Source: the human T2T-CHM13v2.0 reference genome, Homo sapiens. Taken from it: a stretch of 64,000 nt of DNA. The position numbers and the translations under genes are program-made. The notes under the pieces are model-generated. The model saw nothing but the letters and a program-made list of their open reading frames with translations, did not search any database and was not told the origin of the DNA. The stretch is from the NCBI RefSeq assembly GCF_009914755.1, contig NC_060928.1; one strand, 5' to 3'. Numbering within the stretch: the first letter of the stretch is position 1; each line of letters starts with the position of its first letter. Positions 27,963 through 41,381 of this stretch are shown piece by piece.

Positions 27963-28321
27963 CTTGAGAAAAGAAAAGTGACTCATTCATTTAGAATCCT
28001 CACTTTGGAGTTTCTTAGATTAGGCCCCTTCAGAGCAAATCTTGAATGACTTAGAATGAGTCCACCAACATCACTGAAATTTTAAAATGATTAAATTTCA
28101 GTTTAAAATAAATGGCAAGCTCTAAGTTAAGGGTCAGACAGTCAAAACAATAGTGTTAATGGGGGCAGTGCAACCAAATTTAAATAGAATTTTCTAAAAA
28201 CTCTGTGCAGGGCAGATATAAAACACAGCCACAACATGGTTGGGGTGGGGCACTGAAAATTTTTCAAACTATGTTTTATGACTGACCCTATTACAGAGGA
28301 TAGGTGAGCTCTAACATTCTG

Positions 28322-28398
28322 TTAGGTTGGTGCAAAAGTAACTGTGGTTTTTTGCCGTTTAGAGATAGCAAAACCTCAATTAATTTGCACCAACCTAA
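28322..28398. mobile_element. MADE1 MITE (Hsmar1-derived, palindromic)
   Basis: TTAGGTTGGTGCAAA...TTTGCACCAACCTAA terminal inverted repeats, 77 bp. Confidence 0.93.
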
Positions 28399-28599
28399 CA
28401 TGATTGATTTATGTACTTCAGAACCATCTACAAGCCCAAAGATATCTACAGCCAATCCTGATTCAGCCCCTCATAACAATAACAAACGATTATAATAATT
28501 TTTAAAATACTAAGTATAATTATGGTTATAATATTTACTGAACTTTATTGAGAATTTGTTATTATCTATATGCATTTTTTTCATTTAGCTCATACATCC

Positions 28600-30874
28600 T
28601 GATATGGTTTGGCTGTGTCCCCACACAAATCTCATCTAGAATTGTAGTTCCCATAATTTCCATGTGTCATGAGGCAACTAGTGGGGGGTAATTGAATCAT
28701 GGGGGCAAGTTTTTCCCATGCTTTTCTTGTGATAGTGAATGTCTCACAAGATCTGATGGTTTTATAAAGGGCATTTACCCTGCACATGCTCTCTTGCCTG
28801 CTGCCATGTAAGATGTGCCTTTGCTCCTTCTTCACCTCCTGCCATGATTGTGAGGCATCCCCAGCCATGTGGAACTGTGAGTCCATTTAACCTCTTTCCT
28901 TTATAAATTACCCAGTCTCAGGTATGTCCTTACAGCAGTGTGAGAACGAACTGATACAATAAATTGGTACCAGTACAGTGGGGTGCTGCTGTAAACATAC
29001 CTGAAAATGTGGAAGTGACTTTGGAACTGGGTAACAGGCAGAAGTTGGAACAGTTTGAAGGGCTCAAGAGGACAGGAAGATGTGGGAAAATTTGGAACTT
29101 TCCAGATGCTTGTGGAATGACTTTGACCAAAATGCTGCTAGTAATATCAACAATGAAGTCCTGGCTGAGGTGGTCTCAGATGGAGATGAGGAACTTATTG
29201 GTAACTAAAGTAAAGGTCATTCTTTCTATGCAAGGAGACTGTTGGCATTTTGCCCATGCCCTAGGGATCTGTGGAACTTTGAACTTGAGAGATTATTTAG
29301 GATGATATCTGGCAGAAGAAATTTCTAAGTGGCAAAGCATTCAAGAGGAAGCAGAGCATAACAGTTTGGAAGATTGGCAGCCTGATGATGCAATAAAAGA
29401 GAGTACCCCACTTTACATGGAGAAATTCAAGCCTGCTTCAGAAATGTGCATAAATAACAAGAAGCTGAATGTTATTCACCAAGACAATGGGGAAAATATC
29501 TCCAGGCATGTCAGAGACCTTTGCTACAGCCCTTCCCATCACAAGCCCAAAGGCCTAGCAGGAAAAAATGGTTTTGTGGGCTGGACCCAGGGACCCCCTG
29601 CTCTATGCAGCCTCGGGACATGGTGCCCTGCATCCCAGCTGCTTCAGTTCCAACTCTGGCTAAAAGGGGCCAATGTACAGCTCAGGCTGTTGTTTCAGAG
29701 GGTGCAAGCCTCAAGCCTGGGCAGGTTACACATGATGTTGGGTCTGCAGGTACACAGAAGACACAAATTGAGGTTTGGGAACCTCTGCCTAGGTTTCATC
29801 AAGGACAGAAATGCCTTGATGTCCAGGCAGAAGTCTGCTGCAGGGGTGGTGCCCTCTTCTGTCCAGGCAGAAGAAACACTTAGAGGGCAGTGCAGATGGG
29901 AAATGTGGGGTTGGAGCTGCCACACAGAGTCCCCACTTGGGCATTGCCCAGTGGAGCTGTAAAAAGAGGGACACAGTCCTCCAGACCCAGAATGGTAGAC
30001 CCACAGACAGCTTGCACTGTGTGCCTGGGAAAGCTGCAGACACTCAATGCCAACCGATGAAAGCAACCAGGAAGGGGGTTATACCCTGCAAAGCCACAGG
30101 TGCAGAGCTGCCAATGCTGTGGGAGCCCACCTCTTACATCAGCATAACTCGGATGTGAGACATGGAGTCAAAGGAGAATACTTTGAAACTTTAAGGTTTA
30201 ATGATTGCCCTGTTGGATTTTGGACTTGCATTGGACCTGTAGTTCCTTTGTTCTGGCCAATTTACCCCATGGGGAACAGGTGTATTGACCCAATACCTGT
30301 ACCTTCATTGTGTCTAGGAAGCAACTAATTTGCTTTTGATTTTACAGGCTCATAGGTGGAAGGGACTTGCCTCACCTCGGATGAGACTTTGGACTATGGA
30401 CTTTTGAGTTAATGCTGAAATGAGTTAAGACTTTTGGGGACTGTTGGGAAGGCATGATTAGCTTTGAAATGTGAAAACACATGAAATTTTGGAGGGGCCA
30501 TGGGTGAATTAATATGGTTTGGCTCTGTGTCCCTACCCAAACCTCATCTTGAATTGTAGCCCCCATAATCCCCAAGTGTCATGGGAGGGACTTGGCGGGA
30601 GTTAATTGAATCATGAGGGTAGATTTTTCCCATGCTGTTCTTGTGATAGTGAATAAGGCTCATGAGAGCTGATGATTTTATAAAGGGTGGTTCCCCTGCA
30701 CATGCTCTCTTGCCTGCTGCCATGTAAGATGTGCCTTTGCTCCTCCTGCACCTTCTGCCATGATTGTGAGGCCTTGCCAGCCATGTGGAACTGTGAGTCC
30801 ATTAAACCTCTTTCCTTTGTAAATTACCCAATCTCAGGTATGTCCTTATAGCAGCATGAGAATGAACTAATACA
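28600..30874 (+). mobile_element. Full-length THE1 (THE1C/D-like) MaLR: 5' LTR 28600-28958, internal 28959-30509, 3' LTR 30510-30874
   Basis: Two direct ~360-bp LTRs, internal region starting aaattggtaccag, imperfect TSD CATCC/CAGCC. Confidence 0.95.
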
Positions 30875-31089
30875 CAGCCATATTTTGAGGTAGGCACAAA
30901 TACTGTCCTTATTTTATAGATAAAGAAACAGATTTATAGAAGCTAAGTGACTAATTTTAAAAGCCTCTAGCTTAACTCAGGTTTGCCTGCCTTCACAGAA
31001 TCAATTCTCAGCTACTGCAACATGCAAATGTTAGCTAAGAAGAATACACAAAGCATTTGTAACTACTATCTAGGAGAAAGAGGATGAAG

Positions 31090-31260
31090 TTGGACAAACA
31101 GCAAGCCTCCTTCCCAATCCTAACTCTGATACTTACTAGTGGTGTGAGCTTGGAAAAATTATTTAAACTCTATGTGTAAATTTCTTCAGCTAGGGCTAAT
31201 ACATACTTATCTGTTGAGTTTTTAGAGAGTAACCCCTTAACTTGTAATAAATGCTGAATT
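31090..31260 (+). mobile_element. MIR fragment
   Basis: acttactagtggtgtgagcttggaaaaattatttaaactc core-like sequence. Confidence 0.6.
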
Positions 31261-32179
31261 AGAGAAAGATATCCTTATTTCTTCCTGTTATTAATATCAC
31301 ATTAGGTAGATACATCTTGAAGCCAAAGTCAAGGGCTCTAATGTAGAAACATATTAAAGAGGTCCATTGTGATGAGGGATTTAAAAAATCCAGGCATATA
31401 GAGTACTTTTATGGGGATCTCTTGGTAATTACTAATTTTACCTGCACTAACTTAAGAAAGCAAAACAATACTCTACCAAGTAGACTCAGCTGCCTTTCAG
31501 AAACTGAAAGCATTTCAACAAGCAACATAGTCCTTCAGCCCAATCCCCCAATATCACCTTAACCTTCATTACAGTAATTCACAGTGCCAAATTTTACAGA
31601 AGAATACATTTTATAAAAAGGAATAAAATCCATATTTTTGTTGAAATGCTACCTATCAAAATTAAACAACTAGCTTTTTGATGAGTTAATATATTTCCCT
31701 TTTTGTTCTAACGTAAAAGTTTGGAAAAGCCAGAGCTATTTCTTGTTGAGCTAGATAGAGGACCTTTTAATTGGTGACTGGTTTGAACCTTGACTGGTTT
31801 AATATATTATACATTAAAAACTTCTGAAGTCAAAGGACTCAGCAAGTGTGCCAAATTATTTGGTCATTTGTATAGCTGCCCTTTACACATGCTGCTCAGT
31901 TATTTATAATGTATTAAAAGAAAAAGAGCATAAAATGAGGGCATGGTGAAATTAATTGCCCAGCCAAACTAGCAAGCTCAACTGAAGAGTGGTATTTTGT
32001 TCTAGGTTATGTACACATACAAAAAATGTACCAGACCCCAAATGGAAAATGGACACAGAAGAATAGGAAAAGTATATGGTGCAAAAACTACATAGCAAAT
32101 AAAAATAAAATGACCTTAATATGATCTTGATTCTTTTCTCACTGAAAAATAGAGAGTTTTTAATAGGCCCAAGGCCAAC

Positions 32180-32565
32180 TGGATTTAGACTGCCTGAGCT
32201 CAGTGCCTGATCTGTCTACCTACTAGCTGAGTGATCTGTGGCAAAAAAATGTCAGATGCCTCATCTGTAAAACAAGGCTTATTGATACTTACCTCAGTAC
32301 AATATTGCTATTCTAATGGCACCTCTTCAAAAAAGCCTTTCTAACTCCCTTAATGGAACTAGTAGCTAAGCATTGCTTTCTACCCTGCTTTAGTTTTCTT
32401 CATTGCCTGGCATTCTCATTACCTGAAATCATAGTAAATAAACAATATTTGTTTATTTATTTTCTTTCCACTAAGATGCAAGCCAAATGGGGGCAGAGAT
32501 CTTTTTCCTCCCTACTGTATCCTCAGAACCTACAAGAGTTTGACACATAAGCACTCAATAAATAA
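32180..32565 (+). mobile_element. MIR fragment followed by an L2 3' end
   Basis: tactagctgagtgatct...cctcatctgtaaaa, then cacataagcactcaataaata. Confidence 0.6.
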
Positions 32566-32999
32566 TGTCCATATTATTGTTATTAATAAGTGGATTTATT
32601 TATAAAATATTTATAATTTATATTTTGTGATTTGTAAAATATAGCCTTATATATTTTAGAAATTACAAAATATTTGCTCATTTATGAAAAAATGTCATTT
32701 ATCTTAAAAACTAAATTTATCATTTTGAATTGATAAGGAATGAGAACAAAGTTACTCATTTGAAGCCAGTTGACTCCTGTTGTAAAGTCTTTCTTAGCTG
32801 CATGGGAATTTGGTTTTGATAGTAAACATATATAAGGAGAGTGAGCTGAATTGGCTTGAATAAAACACCAAAGGCAGCCTCCTCCAGACTATTAGTTAAA
32901 GTTGATTTGGTTATAAACAACCAAAAACCATTATGGTTTAATATGGAACAAATACAAAAGTGCAGGCTGTTAATTGGAAGGAACACCCCTCAGATTCCC

Positions 33000-33255
33000 A
33001 GTAACAGCTGCCACTTGTCAGGTGTCCACTGTGTTACAAGCACCATTCTAAGTTGTTTACATAATTACCATATTTCATTATCCTATGGACTCTATAAAGT
33101 AAAGGCAGCTATCATATGTCTTTTATAGATGAATAAACTGTTGCAATCAGGAGTTATATAATCTTTCTGAGGATACCAGTTAATAAACAACAGATCTGAT
33201 TCAAACTTAGCCAACCCAATTCTTGGTCCTTTGCTGTTATCCACTCTGCTCTATT
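33000..33255 (-). mobile_element. MIR
   Basis: ttttatagatgaataaactg core. Confidence 0.6.
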
Positions 33256-34100
33256 GAATCCCAGATGCTCATGATTAGTGCATGTCCAGGTTTCAGGAAG
33301 GGCATGTACTGAGTTAGCTTCAGGGATCTCATATTATTTTTCAGGTCCTGGCATCAACACAACTCACTCTACTGACTGTCAGTTTCAAAGTCCTAAGGTA
33401 AAGAAATAATTGGCTTATTATTAATAAGCTATGGCCAATGGTTCAGAGATATAAAATAAAGACATGTTATTTGGGGGTAATTCTTGTGGTATGAATCCAT
33501 CACCAGAGAAAAGATAATTGTTGTAAGCTGAAAATCCACTCTAAGAATTATTTAATACCTAATATGTGAAATATTAGAGATATTGTCTATAGATTTAGGA
33601 ATATGAAAATATTAACAAGCAAAAAATGAGAGAAATATCTTCTGTTTAATTTGAGCAACAACCTTGAGTGTACATATTATCATTCCCACTTTATAAATTA
33701 AAAAACTGAGGATAGATAGATTAATTATACTCAGAGATAAAGATCTAGTAAATAGCAAAGTCAGGTCTTTACACACATCTATTAGTTCCAGTTTATTCCT
33801 TCTCTACTACACTATGATTTCTAGTTCTTGGTTTTCTCAAATTTAGCTCATAAGAAATAGAAAAGAAGCATAAAGTTGGAGAATTTCTGAGAAAATTTTA
33901 ATTTTTTTTTGGCAGCCAGTAGAGATAAATTCAGGAGGTATACAACAATTTAAAGGACTTTTCTCTCATTTGTATAAAAATTCAAATCACCCTACAATTT
34001 GAAAAGTATGTACTTTTCAAATTCCTCATTAATAGGATTCAGATCCAGTCAATAACTCTACAGCCAGTGAATAAAGAAGTTAAAAAGTCAATCAACAAAG

Positions 34101-34400
34101 AGGCTGGGTGTGGTGGCTCACGCCTGTGGTCCCAGCACTTTGGGAGGCCGAGGTGGGTGGGTCACGAGGTCAGGAGATTGAGAACATCCTGGCTAACATG
34201 GTGAAACTCTGTCTCTACTAAAAATACAAAAATAAATTAGCCAGGCATGGTGGCGGGCACCTGTAGTCCCAGCTACTCAGGAGGCTGAGGCAGGAGAATG
34301 GTATAAACCCAGGAGGTGGAGCTTGCAGTGAGTGGAGGTCACACCACTGCACTCTGGCCTGGGCAACAGAGCAAGACTCTGTCTCAAAAAAAAAAAAAAA
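34101..34400 (+). mobile_element. AluY/Sc-like, full length
   Basis: Alu dimer, A-tail, degenerate TSD aaaaagt(c/t)aatca. Confidence 0.95.
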
Positions 34401-34448
34401 GTTAATCAGAAAAGATATTAAAAATGCATAGAGACAAATGGTTGATGG

Positions 34449-34852
34449 CATTAAAAGAAAGACTTTAGACAAACTAAATTTAACAAAGTTTAACTGAGAT
34501 AAGAACAATTCATGAATTGGAAAGCACCCAGAACCAGTGGAGGTTTAGAGAGCTCCACTCCACAATGTGGGCAGGGAGTATTTACAGAGAGAAAACAGAA
34601 ATGACAGTACAGAAAAAGCTTCATTGGTTACAGCTCTGCATTTGCCTTTTTTGGACATAGTCTGATTGGTTGGCAGCCTGTGATTGGCTGAAGCTCTTGG
34701 CTGCTATGATTGGCTGTAACTTAGCTATTTGTTACAAAGTAAACTCTTACATCAGGCTTTCAGAATGTTTACATACTAAGTTATTTTGCATTTGGTTATG
34801 TAGGGACTCAAGTTATGGAGGCAGACTCAGGTCAAAATGAATTTAATTTAAA
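34449..34852 (-). mobile_element. ERV1-class solo LTR (MER57-like)
   Basis: ttaaaagaaagactttagacaaactaaatttaac..., several ATTGG (CCAAT) boxes at 34623-34713, ends ggaggcag...ttaatttaa. Confidence 0.7.
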
Positions 34853-37524
34853 AGTAGGACAAATTCAAGAGACCTTGACACACTGATTATATAAATTGTA
34901 TTTCTACCTGAGAGATTGAAATGATAGACCATCAGTGCTGAACTTGTTGTATTAACAATCTTTTTGATTCCTAACTGGAAATAGGATCATAATCTATTTT
35001 TAAGAAATTTTTTTTATGAGAGATACTCAGAGGAAATTTGTCACCTTCCTCTCCTTCAAATATTAAAGTAATTAAAAACAGACATTAGAAAAAGATAAGA
35101 ATAAAACTATCAGCTGTATTACTAGTGAAACTGAATTACAGAACAGATTCACTTTGAGGTATAAAATGGCCTCTCTACTCCTTCCATTTTACTTGAAATT
35201 ATTCATCCAGTCAGGGGCAGTTGCTGGACATGAGCCTGCTCCTATCCTGCCCTTCTACATCCTCACAAAACACACACGAAAAGTCTATACATGGGCCTAC
35301 TAGAAAGGGTCCCTAAGCTATCCACTGACAATGACATTTCCCATTTTTCCATTTGATAATATTAACAAGAGCTCTTTATACCAGGAGAAGCACATTAAAA
35401 GGGGACACAATGGGTAGAATATTTATTGTCACTCATTCTAGGTGAAGAGTAGTTTTACTATCTTTATGGTCTGTGTAGAGATAATTCAGTAATGTTCATA
35501 TCTATCTATCCATCCACTCATCTATACATCTATTTACACCTATGTATCTGTAAATCCATCTATCTATCATCAATGTCTGTTGTACAGTCCCTCTATGCCT
35601 AAAACTATCACATGGATGTTTTTGTGTATAAAACCTATTCTTTAGATGTAAAACTATTATGACCAAATATTGAAAATAACTAGAAATATGTGTGGAGAGA
35701 AATATAATAATTAAACATTTGAGGTCTGGATTTGCGGGATTTCAAGCCTCCTTTTGCTGACTATATAATCTAGTCTAGTCATTCAGAGCAGATGAAAATT
35801 ATTTCAGGGACTACGCCTTTCAAATATTTAGTCATCTATGGACTTCCTTTAGAAGTGAATATAGTCCACTCTAGGGAGAAGGAAGCACATGTCAAAGTAA
35901 TTAGTTTATAATTGATCCCCTTTAGGATCCCCAGACTCATTTCACATGAATATTTTTAATATCACATTAAATAACAATTAGCACAACACTTTTCAAATAT
36001 AAAAAATGTGTGAAGCACCAATCAGATGGAATAGATGTTCTGCCAGGTGTCACTGAGCATCCGTCTGCATGTCTTACAGACTGCATGAGAAATCTCATTT
36101 AATAGAATAGGGCTGAGAGTCTCCTTACCTCGTAAATAACACCTCACAATTCTTCAGCTGGGTACCAAAGTATGGATGAAGGGGAAAAATGCCTATAGAG
36201 ATATGATTAGACTTGTGTTGTTGTCATTGTTGCCCAGGATATATTAAATTATCTTTTTATGGCTACTTTCTCTATCTCTCTCTCTCTCTCCCCACTCCCC
36301 CCATCCACCCACCCCCATCTGTATCCAAGTCAGAAATTTAAGGACTAAGTTTTTTTGTTGTTGTTGAATCTATAATATTAAAGATTCTTCTGGACTCCCA
36401 GAAACCTTTCACAAGATTAGAGGGGGAATATTCCTTATTTTTGTTGCTGCTCAGTAAGCAAAATAGCAGAAAGATTATGTTATTATTTCATTCAAAACTT
36501 TAATTAAACACTACCCTGTGTGACAGCATAGCTGTATACCAGACTCTTTCTGAGAAGTATAAACAGAAATGCAGCACCCCATATCATCGCAATCTGGGCA
36601 GAGAAAATGAATATTTTATGGAGGACTTAAAATACGCTATCCATACATTTTTCTAGGATGGTGCTACTTAGCCAAGGAGGAGTTTCAGATTTATCTGAGA
36701 AACTTTTATTAAAGCACAAATAATGCCTGCCCAGTTGCAATACTTGGAACTTCTGTTCATGCAAGTGTGACAGGACAAAGTTATTTCTAATTTAGAAAAT
36801 GATGACCAGTGTGATTACCATGCCCACCTCTGCGAACTCCTTTTCCACAAAGCATAAGTTGCCCCAAATTAAACAAGACAGCCAAAGAGAAGCATACCTG
36901 GATTATATTTATTGCAATTGTCTTTCTTCCCCATACTCCCTGACCACAAATCATGCCATTACCCTCCATATCAGGATTTCATTTTGGATACATTCTTTCC
37001 TGTCTATTGTGTCTTGTTTAACTTTCAGACTTCTGTCCTCCTTTCTTCAACTGGAGATGCTTTTCAGCATCAGTACCAGAGTGCATGTTGCTTTTTCCTG
37101 CTGAGCATTGTAAGAGCAGTGCGTTTTTTCAACAAACAGGACCCTTTAATGATTTTTTTCGAAGCCCAGATGGGCATGCACTTAGCTGCCTCCATCTGCT
37201 GTTGTTCCCTGATACAGCATGACCTCTGTCGATTCACAGTGAGTTCCATATGCCCGAGGGCATTTTCTCCTTCCATTTCAAGGAATGTTAAGTGTTTATC
37301 AAAGGGCTGCCATTTTGGGTGGAATCCTTGTTCATTTGGAAACTCTTACTGCAGCATAGTCTTCCTGCCTTTATCCACTAAATGTCATTAGGCATGGTAA
37401 AAATCAAAATCTCTCCACCTATCTTCAAAGTCATTTAATGGAGCAGCATCATTCAAATTCAGAACGATTGTGCATGAATGGACTTAGACACCCCCACAGG
37501 TGTGTCCCAATTCCATTTTCAATA

Positions 37525-37592
37525 GGTGTCTCTGTGTCCTCCAGGGAGATGTAAAATCCTCTTCACATCTCCCTGGAGGACACAGAGACACC
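37525..37592. repeat. Perfect inverted repeat, 28-bp arms with a 12-nt loop
   Basis: GGTGTCTCTGTGTCCTCCAGGGAGATGT-aaaatcctcttc-ACATCTCCCTGGAGGACACAGAGACACC. Confidence 0.97.
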
Positions 37593-38344
37593 CATTGGAA
37601 TTGAATCCCAGAGGAGTTCTCAGTATTATTAAGTACTTCTAATACTTGAATTCTCTAAGAGCACATGTGTAAGACATACAAGTAATAAACACTTGGTAAC
37701 ATGCTCTCTATTCTAATAATGAGAGGTTTTTTTTAAGGCACAGTTTTTTATTATATAGTAAAAGAAGATGTAGGCTGGAGGAAAAAGTATTTAATTGGAA
37801 AAGTTATAAAACACAGAAATTATAAGTAAATAAACTATCAATTCTATTAAAACCTATTTTACAAACACCTTATAAAAACTCAAGAAACAGCCTTTAAGAC
37901 ACTATTACTTATTTATAATACCTATGCACTAGTGATCTCAGCAAGTGTTTTCTGTAACATATTCACCATGCTTTCAGAGCCTTACCCAGCTATCTATCAC
38001 AGTTCTGCTTCAAGCAATTCTTCAGTTTCTGTGTTGTAATTTCTGTGTGAAACTCCTGAAAGAAAATGTAATTATTTGACTAATGCAGGCCTCTGAATAG
38101 CTGCATCACAGAAAACACTTCAGAATAGGTGATGGTTTCTTCATCCCAACAAGGATAATAGCAGGCTGGGAGCACATCCATTCCATGAAAGAGACAGCAC
38201 CTTGGATTATTTTAAATCCTCCTAGTACCATCTTGAAATGCCAGGAAAAAGAATGGGTATTAGAATTAGGATAGACTTTTATTTCTGGTTTTCAAATCTT
38301 GGGCAAGTAATTGAACTTCTCTGCAATTGGTTTCTCCTCTCTTT

Positions 38345-38910
38345 AGAGCAGTGCTTCTCAACATATTTTCATTTGTCACTCCCTTTTGTGCCAAGGAAAC
38401 TTTTTAGACATTTTTCCTGATTCCTTCTCTGAATAACTTAATCAGACTCTTCAGAACTGGGGATTGAGCAGGTACATTTTCCTAAAATTCCACAGGGGTT
38501 TCTGATTTGTACCACTGGTTCAGAAACACTATATTTTTCGACAGTGGTACTCAAACTTTCACATGTCTCAGAATCACCTGGAGACTGAAAGATCGCAAAC
38601 TGCTGGTTTCTATCTCCAGAATTTCTAATTCAGTAGTCTATGGTGAGGCTGGAGAATTTGCATTATTAATAAGTTTGCAGGTGATAGTGGTAATGTTTGT
38701 TTGGGGACCACACTTAGAAGCACATTATCTTAAGACCTTTTAACTCAAAGTGTGATCACCTGGAAGCTTGTTCTAACTATATTATTTGGAACATTGTTAG
38801 AAATGCAGAGTCATAAACACCACCTTGGAATTACTAGATTAGAATCTACTTTTTAACAAGATCCCTAAGTGATTCATATGCACATTAAAATTGAAGAACA
38901 ACTGGACTAA
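38345..38910. mobile_element. Cluster of MER5-family hAT fragments
   Basis: cagtgcttctcaa, cagtggtactcaaactt...agaatcacctggag, ttagaaatgcaga...aacaagatccc. Confidence 0.7.
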
Positions 38911-39808
38911 GATTTCTCAAATTTTCTATGATTTGAATTTTAATTAATAAACTTTTTAGCCTGCTTAATAATGGCATATATTTTCTTGATATACTATAAA
39001 AGCAATCATTAGTTTTTGTCCTTAAAATGCTTACAATCAAAATTAGCTTTTATTAAATTATTATAAAATCTTTCTATCTTTTCACTTTTCTTTGACCTCA
39101 CCAATATTTCCTGATCTGGTATTTGAACATAATTTACTTTTAAATTGAAGTTCTTAAAAACTGTTTATTTCACAACTTGGCTTTTGGCACACACAAGGTT
39201 CAGCTTAAATGACTCATTCATTCACATAGCTCCTGCTGTGCCTTACAGTGTATTTATATTTTATGTTGGTGCATTTATCCTTTCTTTGTCTACTTCCTGC
39301 TGAGGATTTAGGGAGATTAGTTTGCAAAATGAGTGCAGATAAGATATTACCTTCCTATAACAGATATTTCAAAACATTTAAGTAACAAATCACTCTTCTG
39401 CCTTCTGTTTTCTATCCTAACAATATAATTTTCTAAATTTCCCTAAATACGGGTGTGTATAGTGCTGTGTAAAACCTTGTATTTCCTGTTTTTTTCTGAC
39501 TAGTTTTCACTTTTAGCTGAGTTCCCAGAGTACTTATTGTAATTTGGGCATTAAATAGTAGCAGAATTGAGCTATCACAAAATAGGTGTGATATATAGTA
39601 GTTTAGTAGATCCATAATCAAAGCTCTTGTCCCTTCTCCTGCAATTTCACCTTAATGCTTCAGTTTTGAATATAGTGGTATCTCCTGAAGAGCCAAACCA
39701 GGAGCTGGAGAATGAAGAAATTGAAAAGCCTTAAGATTACAAGTGCTTTCTTAAAATGTGTGTTCTAAATACCTCACTCACCTCACTTTTGTCCTGGCCC
39801 TTATCTCC

Positions 39809-40325
39809 TGTATGAGTGATCAGTTGCTCTGTAACAAATTGTCTCAAATCTTACTAGTGTAAAACAACCATTATTACTATGGATAGGAATCTGGGTGTAG
39901 TTTAGTTGAGTCTTCTATCTCAAGGTTTTTTTAAGTCCAGAACCAAGAGGTTAGCCAGGGCTACAATTATCGCAAAGCTTGAGGAGTGGGTGATATGCTT
40001 CCCAGTTCACTCATGTCGTTGCTGGCAAGATTCTGTTTCTCATGGCTGATGAACTGAGTGTTTCGGTTCCATGCTGGCTGTTGGTTGGAGGCTTCCCATG
40101 GTTCCTGCTCTCTGGGCCTCTCCATACAGAAGCTTGCTTCATCAAAGAAAGCAAATCCCACCCAAGAAAGAGAGAGTAAGCAGGATGGAAGTAAGTCTTT
40201 TATAATTTAACCTTAACATTGACCTCTTATCATATTTGTCATGTTATGTTCATTAGAAGCAAATCACAGGGTCAAGCCCACATTCAAAGAATTACTGGGA
40301 GTAATCTCAGAAAACTCCTCACATC
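39809..40325 (-). mobile_element. MLT1-family LTR
   Basis: ttgctctgtaacaaattgtctcaaa...ttcattagaagcaaatcac. Confidence 0.7.
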
Positions 40326-40385
40326 TCCTTCATATTTCCTAGAAAGCCACCCTTGTTGTTACTGCTGCTGCTGCTGATCTTCTTC

Positions 40386-40692
<307 letters not shown>

Positions 40693-41137
40693 CTGCTGTT
40701 CTTCTTCTTCTTCTTCTTCCTCTGCTCCTACTCCTTTGTCTTTCTTTTCTTCTTCCTTTCCTTCTTGCTTGCCTTGCTTTAATCAAACAATTATCATTAG
40801 GCTTGGCAAAAAGTAACATTATAATTAATGAATGAATTGATTTGGAGTTTTATTATTGTATTATATAAATGTAGTATATCTGAAAAAATTTTTATGAGCT
40901 CTAAAGATGTTTGAAGTAATAGAAAAGCAGCCCACCTGTGATATCTGAGAGATGTCCAGGCATTATCAGATAGGCCTTGGTGTTGCTAGGAGCTGACCCA
41001 GAACTTCAATGTTGATATAGTTTGGCTCTGTGTCCCCACCCAAATCTCATCTTGAATTGTAATCCCCAGGTGTCCAGGGAGGAACCTGGTGAAATAGCCA
41101 TTGGATAATAGGGGAAGTGTCCCCTAGAGGGACAGAA

Positions 41138-41140
<3 letters not shown>

Positions 41141-41168
<28 letters not shown>

Positions 41169-41334
41169 CCTGTATGGAGGATATATATATATATATATCC
41201 TGTATGGAGGATATATATATATATATATCCTGTATGGAGGATATATATATATATATATCCTGTATGGAGGATATATATATCCTTATCATATGTATGTATG
41301 TGTGTATGTGTGTGTGTGTGTGTGTGTGTATGTG

Positions 41335-41379
<45 letters not shown>
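41141..41379. repeat. 30-bp minisatellite x4 plus (TG)n/(TA)n inside the 3' LTR
   Basis: TGTATGGAGG recurs at 41171, 41201, 41231 and 41261, separated by AT runs. Confidence 0.95.

Positions 41380-41381
<2 letters not shown>

Noticed and set aside
28964-30328. Cluster of overlapping ORFs up to 198 aa
   Set aside because: Fragmented THE1 internal region; no intact protein
36912-37391. 159-aa + strand ORF
   Set aside because: Non-ATG start, C/F/S-rich, no recognisable domain or convincing splice context
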